A stretch of 64,000 nucleotides of DNA from Nibricoccus sp. (GCA_047602425.1 JASGHG010000001.1:256001-320000); one strand, 5' to 3'. Counted from the first letter of the stretch, positions 20,861 through 31,680 are shown. Notes: a model not told the origin generated them from the sequence alone. Translations and numbers: made by a program.

Positions 20861-22614
20861 AAACGAATATACAGATATTTCGATTTTTGCCGCTGTTGGC
20901 GCTGGTCGCGTCCGTGAATTTAATTCCTGCCGCGCACGGAGAAGTTTTGCCAGACGACCGACGGTTCGGCGCGATGACCCATTTTGCGCATGGATGGGAT
21001 CCGCGGCGGGTCTCGGCCGCCGAACAAGCGGCGATTCCTTCCGTGCGCGACGAATTGTACTGGCAGGACGTCGAGTCCGAAAAAGGCCGTTTTGCCTTTC
21101 CGGCAAGTTACGATCGCTACATGGCCGCACTCGCCGAAAAGCATATAGAGCCGCTTATTATTTTAAGCTATGAGAACAAAAACTACGATGACGGCTCCAC
21201 CCCCTACACCGACGCAGGTATCGCGGCTTTCGCCCGGTACGCCGTCGAGGTCTTGAAGCGCTACGGCAGCCAGATCAAAGCCGTCGAGGTATGGAATGAA
21301 TATAATGGCACTTTCTGCAAGGGCCCGGCAGTCCAGGACCGACCTGGAAATTATCTGCGCATGCTGCGCGCTGTATATATTGCGGTTAAAAAAGAACGTC
21401 CTGACGTGCTCGTGATTGGAGGTGGAACCAGTGGCATTCCCCTGCCTTATTGGAAATCGCTTCTCGCCGGCGGAGCGCTGGACTTCGTCGATGCGCTCTC
21501 GGTCCATCCTTACCGCTATTCCCTCGCGCCAGAGGGATTGGAACAAGAAATCGTCGGGTTGAGGCAATTGGTGGCAAAGTACAACGAAGGTCGCACAAAA
21601 CCGATCTGGGTGACCGAAATTGGCTGGTACACCAAATCGAGCACCGCGCCCGGCGATCTCGAGATCGACGATTTAACCCAGGCAAAATTTTTGGTCCGAA
21701 GCTATGCGCTGCTTCTCTCAGCGGGTGTGGAGCGCGTCTATTGGTATTTGCTACACGATTACAAGACGCTGAATATGGGTCTATACAAGGATGACGCCAA
21801 GCTGACTATAAAGCCCGCGGGCACTGCCCTGAAGACGATGGTGGAACAATTGCGCGGCGCAAAATTCGTCAAAATGGAAATCACCGCCTCGGGGGTGTAT
21901 TCACTGGTGTTCGCTCGGCAACCGGGCGACGAAGTCCGCGTCATGTGGTCGCTTACGCCGACAGCCGTCCCGGTCAAGAATGGTTTGTCCGTCGCAGTCG
22001 ATATCGCGGGAAGTTCCGTTGACGTTCGCGATGCCCTGCATCTCACCGATTCACCGCTCTTCGTCACGGGCGCAGCGCCGGCCGTCCCCCGGCCCGCGAT
22101 TTCCATGAGCAGAACTTTGACCGATTCCATCCGCGATTTCGCCGCACAACAGGGAAATCAAGGATGGTCCTATGGCGTTTTTGTTGGCGATTCCACCCGG
22201 TTCGTCTCGTTATCCAGTTTTAACACCACCAATTGGACCGAGGGCTGGGGCGGTCAATATCCGTATCTTACCGTAACTGCTCACGATCAGCACCCATCGC
22301 TCGACGGAAAAACGCCGGTGGCGGCCGTGCGCCGCTGGGAAAGCAACATGAGTGGCACCGCCCGGATCAAGGGTGAGTTTCGTTGTGGCACTCAAGGTGA
22401 CGGTGTCGGCGTGAGCATCCTCGTCGACGGAACCCGCCGTTTTAGAAAACTGCTCGGAGGCAATACCGGGCAGCCAATTTTGGAGTCCTTCGATTTGCAG
22501 GTGGGGGTGCAGCCGGGAACTGCAATTGATTTCGCCGTGGATCCCGGTCCGACCGCCGACATCAGCTACGATTCAACCACAGTGTCCGTAACCATTAAAG
22601 AGGAGACGCAATAA
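20857..22614 (+). CDS. secreted clan GH-A glycoside hydrolase (GH39/GH5-like) within EPS cluster
   Basis: Signal peptide; EVWNE, DALSVHPY, PIWVTEIGW; extra C-terminal beta domain. Confidence 0.78.
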   Translation: MKTNIQIFRFLPLLALVASVNLIPAAHGEVLPDDRRFGAMTHFAHGWDPRRVSAAEQAAIPSVRDELYWQDVESEKGRFAFPASYDRYMAALAEKHIEPLIILSYENKNYDDGSTPYTDAGIAAFARYAVEVLKRYGSQIKAVEVWNEYNGTFCKGPAVQDRPGNYLRMLRAVYIAVKKERPDVLVIGGGTSGIPLPYWKSLLAGGALDFVDALSVHPYRYSLAPEGLEQEIVGLRQLVAKYNEGRTKPIWVTEIGWYTKSSTAPGDLEIDDLTQAKFLVRSYALLLSAGVERVYWYLLHDYKTLNMGLYKDDAKLTIKPAGTALKTMVEQLRGAKFVKMEITASGVYSLVFARQPGDEVRVMWSLTPTAVPVKNGLSVAVDIAGSSVDVRDALHLTDSPLFVTGAAPAVPRPAISMSRTLTDSIRDFAAQQGNQGWSYGVFVGDSTRFVSLSSFNTTNWTEGWGGQYPYLTVTAHDQHPSLDGKTPVAAVRRWESNMSGTARIKGEFRCGTQGDGVGVSILVDGTRRFRKLLGGNTGQPILESFDLQVGVQPGTAIDFAVDPGPTADISYDSTTVSVTIKEETQ

Positions 22615-23444
22615 TGTCGGCCTACCGTCGAATTTTAGTCATCACACCGACCTTGGCAGAGTCTCCGTTCCTGGATGCAACCGTAAAGTCGGTTTCCACC
22701 CAACTGGTGGACGTTCTCCATGTGCTTTCCGCACCGGCCGGCAAAGTGCAGGCATTGCGTGCGAGATATCCCAACCTCCAGGTGGTGCCCGATGCCGGCA
22801 AAGCCGGAGGAATCTATGGAGCCCTCAATGCCGCACTTGGTTCCGTTTCTGGCGATTGGGACTGGTTCACCTACATCAATGACGACGATCTTCTGCTGCC
22901 CGGTTTCAGCGAGGCGGTCTATCGTCATCTCGTTTCGGGCGCTCCGGGATCGGTAATCTACGGCGACGTCGCCATGATCGATGAAGAGGGCCGGCCTATT
23001 TCCATGATCACTGTGGAACGCAACCCCGCGTGGATTCCCGCCTTGCTGAAACAGGGCATCAGCCCGCTCATGCAGCAAGGCATGCTCTTCCGACGCGAAA
23101 CGGTGATGGAACTGGAAGGTTTTGACCTGCGCTACCGACTTTGCGCCGACCTTGATTTTTGGCTCCGAGCTTTGGTTTCAGGCGCAATTTTCCGCTACTA
23201 TCCGCTCAAAGTGGCGCAATTCCGTCTTCGCAGCGGGCAACTCTCGGGCAACACCGAGCTTACCATACGCGAGCAGGATGAGATCGTGAAACAGCATCTG
23301 CCTGGCACATATTCCTACCTGCAAAAACTGGCTGCGCGCTGGCAATACCGGGCCAGCAATCTGCCGCGCTACCTGGCCAGGCTGCGCACGCACGGCTTTC
23401 GGACGAGTTATCAACTGCTCGAGAGCAAGCCGAAAACATCATGA
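22614..23444 (+). CDS. GT2 glycosyltransferase
   Basis: GIYGALN, YINDDD, ADLDFWLR. Confidence 0.85.
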   Translation: MSAYRRILVITPTLAESPFLDATVKSVSTQLVDVLHVLSAPAGKVQALRARYPNLQVVPDAGKAGGIYGALNAALGSVSGDWDWFTYINDDDLLLPGFSEAVYRHLVSGAPGSVIYGDVAMIDEEGRPISMITVERNPAWIPALLKQGISPLMQQGMLFRRETVMELEGFDLRYRLCADLDFWLRALVSGAIFRYYPLKVAQFRLRSGQLSGNTELTIREQDEIVKQHLPGTYSYLQKLAARWQYRASNLPRYLARLRTHGFRTSYQLLESKPKTS

Positions 23445-24739
23445 CTGACGAACCACCAGAAATCGTTATTCTCAACGACTATGCCTCGCCCACCGGCGGT
23501 TCGTCGGCGGTTGCGATCGCGTCTGCGATCGGGTTGGCCGAGCAGGGGTTTCCTGTGACCTACTTCAGCTGCGTCAGCCCCATCGCGCCACAACTCCAGG
23601 GCAAAACCAATCTGAGAGTCGTCTGCCTTAAACAATCTGATATCGGCAAATCCTCCAGCCGCGCAAAGGCCGGTTTCTCCGGCATACGTAACGCCAGGGC
23701 TGTCGCCGCCCTGCGCGCGATCCTTGCGCCCAAATCCCGCGAGAAGACCATTGTTCACGCGCACACCTGGAGCCAGGCTCTTTCGCCGTTCGCCCTGACG
23801 GCGGCCACCGATTTGGGTTTTCGGCTGGTGATTACGCTGCACGATTTTTTCACCGCCTGCCCGAACGGACAGTTTTTCGTATATCCGCGAAAGGAAATTT
23901 GTCAGCGGAAACCCCTCTCGTTCGCTTGCTGGCGTTGCAATTGTGACCGGCGACACTTCGGCCACAAACTTTGGCGCAACGCCCGGATGGCGCTTCAAAC
24001 CAATATCCTCCGGGTGCCGGCGAAAACGTCCTATTTTATTGGCGTGTCCGATTTCAGCCTGAACATTTTGCGGCCTCACCTCCCCGCGTCGATTCCTGCC
24101 CGAGTCATTCACAATCCTGTGGACTGCGAACAGCTCACGCCCGCACCCGTCGCGGAGAACCAGGATTTTTTCTTCGTCGGTCGTTTTGAGCAGGAAAAAG
24201 GGGCTCTCCTTTTCGCGCAAGCGGTCGAGGCCGCAGGCGCAAATGCGACCTTTGTCGGTGACGGCAGCCTATTGCCCGCTTTGCGAGCCGCCTGCCCTCG
24301 CGGCCGGTTCAGCGGCTGGCTGCCTCCGGAAAAACTCCGCGCTCATCTGCAAACCGCAAGGGCATTGGTCTTTCCTTCGTTGTGGTATGAGACATTGGGC
24401 TTGGTGGCAATTGAAGCGCTCGCCCTGGGTGTGCCTGTCATCGTCTCAGATCGCGGCGCCGCCACTGACTTCGTTTCTCATGGCGTCAATGGTTTGCACT
24501 TTTCCCATGGTTCGGCACAAGCGCTTGCCGCACAAATATTGGCTTTGAAAAACGACAGCCAATTCGCCGCTCGCCTCGGTCGGGCCGGCTATGACGGCTA
24601 CTGGCAGGACCCGTGGACCGTGACACGCCACGTCAACAAACTTATCGATATCTACAATACGGTCAGTGAGCCCATCCCTTCCGAAATTCCAAAAGGAGAT
24701 TATTATGAAAGTACTGGTGGTATCCGAACCCGGGGTTGA
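23441..24739 (+). CDS. GT4 glycosyltransferase
   Basis: TLHDFF..CP, FVGR..EKG, PSLWYETLGLVAIEA. Confidence 0.88.
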   Translation: MTDEPPEIVILNDYASPTGGSSAVAIASAIGLAEQGFPVTYFSCVSPIAPQLQGKTNLRVVCLKQSDIGKSSSRAKAGFSGIRNARAVAALRAILAPKSREKTIVHAHTWSQALSPFALTAATDLGFRLVITLHDFFTACPNGQFFVYPRKEICQRKPLSFACWRCNCDRRHFGHKLWRNARMALQTNILRVPAKTSYFIGVSDFSLNILRPHLPASIPARVIHNPVDCEQLTPAPVAENQDFFFVGRFEQEKGALLFAQAVEAAGANATFVGDGSLLPALRAACPRGRFSGWLPPEKLRAHLQTARALVFPSLWYETLGLVAIEALALGVPVIVSDRGAATDFVSHGVNGLHFSHGSAQALAAQILALKNDSQFAARLGRAGYDGYWQDPWTVTRHVNKLIDIYNTVSEPIPSEIPKGDYYESTGGIRTRG

Positions 24740-25913
24740 TGGCGTTTTTCGCTATGTGGAATCGCTCTGTCATTTTTTGATCGAGCATGACGTTGAAGTG
24801 AATCTGGCCTATTCGGACCGTCGCGCTTGCGACCGTCTATACATGCTGGTTAGATGGATCGAGGAACGTGGCGGCGAGACCGTCAATCTTCACACGGGAA
24901 ATCGCCCCGCCCTCTCCGATTTAAACGCCCTCCAGTCGTTATACAAACTAGCTCGAAAACTCCAGCCCGACGTTATCCATAGTCATAGCTCCAAGGCTGG
25001 AGCTCTCGCTCGCATTTTGCCGTGTTTTGGAATCAAGGCGGTCCAGTTCTACAATCCCCACGCCTACGTCGGCATGCGCCCGCAGGCGGGAAAATTCGAC
25101 TGGCTCTACAACTTCATCGAGGGCCAGCTCGGCCGGAGAAACCGAACCATTGTTTCATCTACAGACGAAAAGAAATTCGCGCGGCAGCGCCTCGGTATTC
25201 CCGCGGCGCGCATCCATCACTTACCCAACGGTGTGGATACGGACGTGTTTTCCCCCGTCTCTCACGAGGAGAAATGCCGCTTGCGCGAAAAACTCGGCTT
25301 GCCGGTTTCGCGTCCCATTCTGGGATTTATCGGTCGCTCCTCCGCGCAAAAGGATCCGCTGACGCTTTATCGGGCCTTCATGAAAGTGGCGAAAAAAAAT
25401 CCTGTTGTGCTTTTCCATGTCGGTCGCGGTGAGTTGGACGCCGAATTGGACGCCTTGGTGGAAAGTTCAGACATGAGCGCGCGCGTTCACCGCGTTCCCT
25501 ACATGTCGACCCCCGCTGATTTTTACCGCGTGGTGGACGGGTTCATCCTCACTTCGCGGTACGAGGGCTTCTCCATCGCCGCCCTCGAAGCGATTTCGGC
25601 CAACCTGCCAGTGATTCTAAGCCAATCGCCCGGCAATATGGATTTGCTGGCGCAACCGTTGTCACATGCATGGAGCGCGCGGATTGGCGATGTCGATGGG
25701 TTTGCATTCGGCATAGAGGAATGGTTTTCTGCAATTCAATCTCCCAAACCAATCAACCACCGCCAAATCGCTTCCGCGGAATACGATCAACAGGAGAAGT
25801 TCGGGATATTGCTGGGGCTTTATCATGACCTCGCGGGAACAGGCTCCAGCCGGGTGCCTGCGACGTCCGACGCCTTGCCATCCTTCCTTCCGCAAGAAAA
25901 ACTGTCGCGCTAA
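24705..25913 (+). CDS. GT4 glycosyltransferase
   Basis: DVIHSHSSKAG, PNGVD, SRYEGFSIAALEA. Confidence 0.88.
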   Translation: MKVLVVSEPGVDGVFRYVESLCHFLIEHDVEVNLAYSDRRACDRLYMLVRWIEERGGETVNLHTGNRPALSDLNALQSLYKLARKLQPDVIHSHSSKAGALARILPCFGIKAVQFYNPHAYVGMRPQAGKFDWLYNFIEGQLGRRNRTIVSSTDEKKFARQRLGIPAARIHHLPNGVDTDVFSPVSHEEKCRLREKLGLPVSRPILGFIGRSSAQKDPLTLYRAFMKVAKKNPVVLFHVGRGELDAELDALVESSDMSARVHRVPYMSTPADFYRVVDGFILTSRYEGFSIAALEAISANLPVILSQSPGNMDLLAQPLSHAWSARIGDVDGFAFGIEEWFSAIQSPKPINHRQIASAEYDQQEKFGILLGLYHDLAGTGSSRVPATSDALPSFLPQEKLSR

Positions 25914-25931
25914 CAAAGGCGCGCGGCTAAA

Positions 25932-26576
25932 TCAAAAAACGCTTTGCGCCACGGTGATGACATCGCCGGGCAATACCTGGAATGCGGAATCCTTGTGGCC
26001 ACTCGCCATCCGTCGCGCGTTCAAGCGAATGGTTTGGTCGTCTCCATTGGTTTTCCGCATCACCACGACATTTGTAGGATTCGCAATGCGGGTATAACCA
26101 CCCGCCATGCCAATCGCCTCCAACAATGTGACTTCCCGCTGATCGGGCATGTCATAGGAGCCAGGTTTCTGGACTTCGCCCAAAACCGTGAACCTCCGTT
26201 TGGAAAATTCGGTGATCGTCACGCTGACTTGGGGATCGACCAAATAACCGCGGCCAAGGCGATCCCTGATGGTTTGGGCTGCCTGCTGCGTCGTCATGCC
26301 TCCCACCCGCACTACCCCAATCAGAGGGAAAATGATCGTACCTTCGTTCGATACCCGCACGGTCGTTTTAAGATCCGTTTCCTGAAACACAATAATTTCA
26401 AGCACGTCGGTCGACAGGATTTTATAGTCGTTCACCGCGATCGTGGGTTCCGGCTGCGCCAGGGGCTTTTCCTGGCTCGTCTCCTTCGCAGCGGGCTTAT
26501 GGCGGGAAAACAGGCAACCTGGCAATGACGTCGCCACGACCATGCAAAATACGACCGCACAAGCGGGTCTAACCAT
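25932..26576 (-). CDS. polysaccharide export lipoprotein (Wza/Poly_export + SLBB)
   Basis: Lipobox-like LPGC; DYKI..TDVLEI, GTIIFPLIG, GEVQKPG, LLEAIGMAGG, PGDVITV; start uncertain. Confidence 0.87.
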   Translation of the reverse strand: MVRPACAVVFCMVVATSLPGCLFSRHKPAAKETSQEKPLAQPEPTIAVNDYKILSTDVLEIIVFQETDLKTTVRVSNEGTIIFPLIGVVRVGGMTTQQAAQTIRDRLGRGYLVDPQVSVTITEFSKRRFTVLGEVQKPGSYDMPDQREVTLLEAIGMAGGYTRIANPTNVVVMRKTNGDDQTIRLNARRMASGHKDSAFQVLPGDVITVAQSVF

Positions 26577-26586
26577 TCCTGATCGT

Positions 26587-27897
26587 CTAAAAAAGAAACG
26601 CTGCAGAAATGCCAGCCAGGTTGCTGGTAAAGTTAAACGTCGATAAGGAAGAATCGTTTTCCCGATGTTCATAAAAAATTTCGATGGTTCCATGCCGGGT
26701 CACCTCCCGTGCGAGGGAGGCTCGATAATAATAGTAATCGTCTTGTCGCTCCACCGCCACTGCCGGTTGGTTATTTTCGTACTCGTTTTGGACATAACCG
26801 CCCGAGAGTTTCAGATAGTATCTTTGCAACAACCGCTGCCGGATGCTCGCCGTGTAAATGGTCCCCACGATGTTTTCTCCGGCATATTCAGCGGACGCCG
26901 TGGTCGTGCGGTTTACGTCGATCGTGACCAGCAACCCATCCGTGGCTTGATAGCTGCTGTTCACGTCGAAAATAAAGTGGGTCCGGTCTTCGAGATCCCC
27001 GCTGTATTGCCGCAACTCACCGCCTACCTGACCGGCGAACGACAATTTTCCGCCAGGCAAATATTTTATTTGCAGCACCGCTTGCTCATAGGTTTGTCCC
27101 GATCCATTGGTTGTGTCGAGATAGCCGCCAGAAGCTTGTATTCCGATGAGCGTCTTCGAAGCGATTTGATAATCCAAATAGCCGCTCAAACGTCCGTCAG
27201 TCGAATCGTGTCCGCCGGAATACTCCGCGCGTTTTCCTAGGATGCGAACTCCGCCGCTCACCTTCCCGGTCATCTGGTAGGCTGCTGAACCATCCGCTGT
27301 ATAGAAAGTCTGCTTGATGCGCCGCCCCACATCTATGTTCGGCACGGATTCATTTTGGAAATGAAGTTCGCCCCGACAATTCCACAATCCTCCCTCCCTC
27401 CGGCCCGCCAGTCTGAAATCATGATTTATGGCATCCTCGTCGTGATATTTGGAGAACACCACGAACTCCGGCATGTAACCGGCGTAAATGAAATTCTTCC
27501 ATGGCAGCCCTTCGTCGCCGGTCTCCCTCAGGAAATGGGGGGCGGCGGCAAATGCGTCCAATTCACCCCGAAAATTTCCGCGGCCGAAAAACAACATCGG
27601 AGCAATTTGTGCGTACCAATCGGTCTTTTCATCCTCCGCGGTGATAAAAATATTATCGTCATGAATGACGGTCGTGGAAATCCCCGCCAAAAATTTCCAT
27701 GGCGATTGCTGATCGGACACCGGGTCCGGATTTGTCGCTTGAGCCTGGTTTTCGTCCGCCGCGGTGGCTGGATCAAGCGAGCCAACCAACAAGAGTATGC
27801 AGGTCAGAAATGAACAGGCCCTTGTTCCAATCGCGGTCGCAAAATGCAAAAAGTCCGCCGCAGCTCCCCAATTCCCGTAATTCCTCGCCGATTTCAT
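26587..27897 (-). CDS. outer-membrane beta-barrel protein associated with EPS export
   Basis: HDDNIF motif, alternating beta-strand pattern, terminal Phe; adjacent to Wza-like gene. Confidence 0.75.
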   Translation of the reverse strand: MKSARNYGNWGAAADFLHFATAIGTRACSFLTCILLLVGSLDPATAADENQAQATNPDPVSDQQSPWKFLAGISTTVIHDDNIFITAEDEKTDWYAQIAPMLFFGRGNFRGELDAFAAAPHFLRETGDEGLPWKNFIYAGYMPEFVVFSKYHDEDAINHDFRLAGRREGGLWNCRGELHFQNESVPNIDVGRRIKQTFYTADGSAAYQMTGKVSGGVRILGKRAEYSGGHDSTDGRLSGYLDYQIASKTLIGIQASGGYLDTTNGSGQTYEQAVLQIKYLPGGKLSFAGQVGGELRQYSGDLEDRTHFIFDVNSSYQATDGLLVTIDVNRTTTASAEYAGENIVGTIYTASIRQRLLQRYYLKLSGGYVQNEYENNQPAVAVERQDDYYYYRASLAREVTRHGTIEIFYEHRENDSSLSTFNFTSNLAGISAAFLF

Positions 27898-28161
27898 AGG
27901 CTTTGCTTTTGAAGATTATTACTGCACCGCCCGGCTCGGATCCCCGCGTGATCCTTCGCCGAAAAATGCACCACTTTATAGTTCGCTCCTTGGATACCGC
28001 CGTTGCTCCATGGTTCCGCGAAAAGTCCAGTTTTCGCATTCCAAGGAGGAGAGGATCCGGGGGTGGCGACGGTGTGCATTGGCAGGATTCATGCTCCGGA
28101 ATCGCGAAGAACTTTTTGCCTTAAACGGAGTCAGTAGCACGGGACCGAAAGAGCATATTTT

Positions 28162-28911
28162 ATGACAACCACCAATGTTCGGCGGATTTTACGGCACATT
28201 TCTCGTTTCGGATTACGCACCGGCTTGCAAGCGGCACGCCTGCACCGGCAGCCTTCGACACCGGTACAGATACAATTGGATGGAGTCGATCATCCTCTCT
28301 GGGCGCGCCCCGGCACTTCCGACGCGGCGACGTTCGACGAAGTTTTTTTATCCCGGGAATATAATGTGCCGTTCGCGAATTTTTCGCCCAGTCACATTCT
28401 CGATCTCGGCGCCAATGTGGGCTACGCGTCCGTATATTTTGCCGCGCGCTGGCCTCAGGCGCGGATTCTCGCCGTTGAGCCGTCCTCCCAAAATCTTTCT
28501 CTCTTGGAGAAAAACACGCACCCGTGGGGCCGCATCGTCACCTTGCAAGCCGCCGTGTGGTCCCACGCCACCACCATGCAAATTGCGAATCCCGACGGCG
28601 ACGCCAATGCCTTTCGCATGACTGAGGCCAGCGGTCCGGTTCAGGAAAAAATTCCGGCCTATACCATTCCGCAACTCATCGAACGCCTGGGCTGCACACG
28701 CCTTCCCTTGTTGAAAATGGATGTGGAGGGCGCGGAGGTCGAGATCTTCCGCGCGGACACCAGCTGGCTGGACCTAATCGATGTCATGGTAATTGAACTC
28801 CATGATCGCCTGGTTCCGAAGTGCGCCATGGCCTTAAACCAAGCGCTCAATGGCCGCAGTTATCAGCAGGAAATTCTGGGCAGCAATCTAGTGTTCGATT
28901 TCAGGCAATAA
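28162..28911 (+). CDS. FkbM family methyltransferase
   Basis: ILDLGANVG, AVEP, LLKMDVEGAE, IELH. Confidence 0.9.
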   Translation: MTTTNVRRILRHISRFGLRTGLQAARLHRQPSTPVQIQLDGVDHPLWARPGTSDAATFDEVFLSREYNVPFANFSPSHILDLGANVGYASVYFAARWPQARILAVEPSSQNLSLLEKNTHPWGRIVTLQAAVWSHATTMQIANPDGDANAFRMTEASGPVQEKIPAYTIPQLIERLGCTRLPLLKMDVEGAEVEIFRADTSWLDLIDVMVIELHDRLVPKCAMALNQALNGRSYQQEILGSNLVFDFRQ

Positions 28912-29006
28912 ACTTTGCCTGAGTAGCGGAGCAACGCCCAGCGAGAGTCTTTCCCGCATGACGGTAAATCGACCGCAACCATCTATTATCGCCCCGCGCA
29001 TACAAA

Positions 29007-30254
29007 ATGAAGAAATCCGGTACCATAAATCTGGACCTTGAGCTGCTTCGAGGCGTGGCCATCGTTTTCACCCTTTGCAGTCATCTGGTCTGGGGCCTTC
29101 TTCCCAAAATGGGTGACGTCGGAAGGCAACTTCAGACCATGCTCCAATTTTGGACCGGGGTGGATCTATTCTTCTGCATATCCGGTTTCATTATCACGAC
29201 GTCCTTGCTCAAGATCTTGGAAGACAAACGGGCGGATCGCGGACCGCCTGCAACCAACCGGTGGAGCCAATTTATCCAACTTTCTATTCCATTCTGGATC
29301 CGGCGCGCCTTCCGCCTGCTCCCCTCGGCCTGGCTCTGGATCTTACTCACGCTGATTCTCGCGACCACCTTTAACGCTCACGCGACTTTCGGCACCCTGC
29401 GCGATAACCTCTATGAAGCCGGCGCGGCCGTCCTCAATGTAGCAAATTTCTACTACTATGATACGTTCGCCAACAGCAATGGCGTTTATGGTTCGTTTGG
29501 CATTTTTTGGAGCCTCTCTCTTGAGGAACAATTTTATCTTCTGCTTCCGTTCCTCCTCTTTTTTCTAAAACGCCGCACCTTTATTTTCGTACTCTGCGCG
29601 GCCTGGCTCGCGCAGTTCTTGGTCGCCCGCCCCAATGGTTTCACCCCTCACCACACGTCGCTTTTGTGGTTTATTCGAACCGACGCTCTCATTCTGGGTG
29701 TATTCATTGCTCTCTGGAAAAAAAGCCGCACTTACCGCCTTTGCGAACCACAGTTTCTCCGACAAAATATATTTTCGCTGCCGCTCGTGGGGCTGTGTCT
29801 TCTGCTGTTGGTTTCGCTGCCCGCGATGTCTGCCTATATATCGATCACCACGGGACTCACCGCGATCGTCTGTGGGCTGCTCGTGTTCATCGCCAGCTAC
29901 GATCGCGATTATATATTGCGTCCCTCCATGCTGAAAACCGCCATCGTGTGGCTCGGATCGAGATCCTATAGCATCTATCTGATCCACGTGACCGGGCACA
30001 CCTTCGTCATCGAGCTCAAACGATCGGCGGAAATCGCCGAAGGCAGCCCACTGTCCGTGGCCCTCACTTTTTTGAGCGTGCCGTTCATCCTGATCTTGTC
30101 AGAACTGAACTACCGCTTCGTCGAAACGCCCTTCAGGCGCATAGGCAAACGTATCGCCGAAAAATTCGGCCGACACCTCTCGCCTTCTGAGATCCCTGGG
30201 GATCTTACCTTGATTGGCCGCGCCGAGCCCGCTCCCAAATCTTCCAAGGGATAA
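29007..30254 (+). CDS. acyltransferase family 3 (OafA-like)
   Basis: LRGVAI, GVDLFFCISGFII, RRAFRLLP, WSLSLEEQFY, SYSIYLIH, YRFVETP. Confidence 0.92.
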   Translation: MKKSGTINLDLELLRGVAIVFTLCSHLVWGLLPKMGDVGRQLQTMLQFWTGVDLFFCISGFIITTSLLKILEDKRADRGPPATNRWSQFIQLSIPFWIRRAFRLLPSAWLWILLTLILATTFNAHATFGTLRDNLYEAGAAVLNVANFYYYDTFANSNGVYGSFGIFWSLSLEEQFYLLLPFLLFFLKRRTFIFVLCAAWLAQFLVARPNGFTPHHTSLLWFIRTDALILGVFIALWKKSRTYRLCEPQFLRQNIFSLPLVGLCLLLLVSLPAMSAYISITTGLTAIVCGLLVFIASYDRDYILRPSMLKTAIVWLGSRSYSIYLIHVTGHTFVIELKRSAEIAEGSPLSVALTFLSVPFILILSELNYRFVETPFRRIGKRIAEKFGRHLSPSEIPGDLTLIGRAEPAPKSSKG

Positions 30255-30296
30255 TCGAACCGGAGCGTCAGCCCTTGCGCGGGGCCGGCCTCGTTT

Positions 30297-30656
30297 TCAT
30301 TTTAAGCCGCGCCACGAGTACAGACACAACAGGCCGATCTCGGCGATGCTCAATACCGTTCCAATGGGAAGATACCAAAGCGTGAGAATAGAGCAGCCGA
30401 TCAATGCGCTACGCCCAAAAGAGACCCCCAGGAAGAAGCATGCCATTGCGCCCAGCCACAGCGCCCCAAGCGCCACGTGTGCCCATTTCATGCCTGCGCC
30501 CCGTGGATTTATCCCGGCGCCCGCCACGATCCGCGACCAAGGTCCCAACTTCCCGTCACGTGCCGTGACGTAGTCCCCCTTCAAAAGCGCACGGCCCCCG
30601 TCGAACCCCAGCCAGCTTCCGATAATCAGTGCAATCACTACGATTGTGGTTTTCAT
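30297..30656 (-). CDS. probable distal cassette, membrane hypothetical protein
   Basis: 119 aa hydrophobic ORF co-oriented with array; attC not recognisable. Confidence 0.6.
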   Translation of the reverse strand: MKTTIVVIALIIGSWLGFDGGRALLKGDYVTARDGKLGPWSRIVAGAGINPRGAGMKWAHVALGALWLGAMACFFLGVSFGRSALIGCSILTLWYLPIGTVLSIAEIGLLCLYSWRGLK

Positions 30657-30708
30657 TTTTCGTGACTATTTTGCCAGGGCCGTTGGGCCCATACGTTGGT
30701 TTTGCACT

Positions 30709-31068
30709 TTAAATTTCGCAAGCCTGGAAGCCAAGTTCGACCACTGGAGACTGAACTTCCAGCAACGTAAAAATCTCAACGTGGAAGTCGGTCACCACAT
30801 TGATCACTTCGCCGTGCAATCCGGCATGTATACCTCTCGACGCCTGTTTTTTCATCGCGTTCGCAAGTTGAATATCATCCGTAAATTGAACCAACGCATG
30901 ATAGCGTGCTAACTTGGATCGTGGTGATCCTCCTTTATTCCGGAGCAATTGAAACGTCGCGGCTTCATCGATCTCGCATAGCCGCTTTAGAAAGCGTGCA
31001 ACCGTCGGGAGCCCTTCCGACTCGGGCACCTCCGGCTTCAAATTAAACCAAACGTGATAATGAACCAT
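30709..31068 (-). CDS. cassette hypothetical protein (Dabb/DUF6614-like by eye)
   Basis: MVHYHVWFNLKP start a few nt after a degenerate R' core. Confidence 0.65.
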   Translation of the reverse strand: MVHYHVWFNLKPEVPESEGLPTVARFLKRLCEIDEAATFQLLRNKGGSPRSKLARYHALVQFTDDIQLANAMKKQASRGIHAGLHGEVINVVTDFHVEIFTLLEVQSPVVELGFQACEI

Positions 31069-31073
31069 TTTTT

Positions 31074-31173
31074 GCCTAGACGTTATAAATCTGCCGCGCC
31101 TGTGACGGACTCGACGGCTGCGCTTGCAGGCGGCGTGACCGGCATAGACGTTGGCAATGGTGCCTGGTTGGGG
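31074..31173 (-). repeat. attC site (degenerate)
   Basis: gcctagac-gttataaatctgccgcgcc...gacgttggcaa-tggtgcctg-gttgggg, same family as other attC but with mutated cores. Confidence 0.75.
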
Positions 31174-31583
31174 CTACTTTTCTTCATCTCCACATTCACA
31201 ATAATTCGTACGCGGCTTCCTGGCCCACACATCTGCCATCTTTTTTCCTCCACCGGGTCATAGCCGGAAGATTCGAACCGTACTTCGCCACCTTGAATAC
31301 CATCTCCCGGCCCAAGCCAAACAAGAACCCATAGCGATGGCTTGGTCGCGACGACCGCAAATCGACCATCCTTATCACTGCGCGTACTGATCACCGGTAC
31401 ACGCCCTCCAGAGCGAAGATAACCACCGAGCAAAATATTTACATTCTGCAAGGGCATCTTCGTATCCGTATCGACAACGGTTCCTTCAAAACGCGGAGAA
31501 ACCCATTTAGTGTGCGGCACAGGCAGCACGATACAGCCACTGAGAAAAAGACACCCAAGAAGCATCGGAACTAGTTTCTTCAT
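31083..31583 (-). CDS. cassette lipoprotein; C-terminus is read through attC
   Basis: LSGC lipobox, GTVVDTDTKMPL carboxypeptidase-regulatory-like motif. Confidence 0.75.
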   Translation of the reverse strand: MKKLVPMLLGCLFLSGCIVLPVPHTKWVSPRFEGTVVDTDTKMPLQNVNILLGGYLRSGGRVPVISTRSDKDGRFAVVATKPSLWVLVWLGPGDGIQGGEVRFESSGYDPVEEKRWQMCGPGSRVRIIVNVEMKKSSPNQAPLPTSMPVTPPASAAVESVTGAADL

Positions 31584-31585
31584 TT

Positions 31586-31680
31586 CTCCTACGTTATAGA
31601 TCTGCCGCGACTACGGCTGGCGCGGCTCCTGCGGAGCAGGAGCCGTGACGGACGTGGTCGCTGGGAGCGTCAGGTTCGCC
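31586..31680 (-). repeat. attC site (degenerate)
   Basis: ctcctac-gttatagatctgccgcgac...gtcgctggg-agcgtcag-gttcgcc. Confidence 0.7.
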
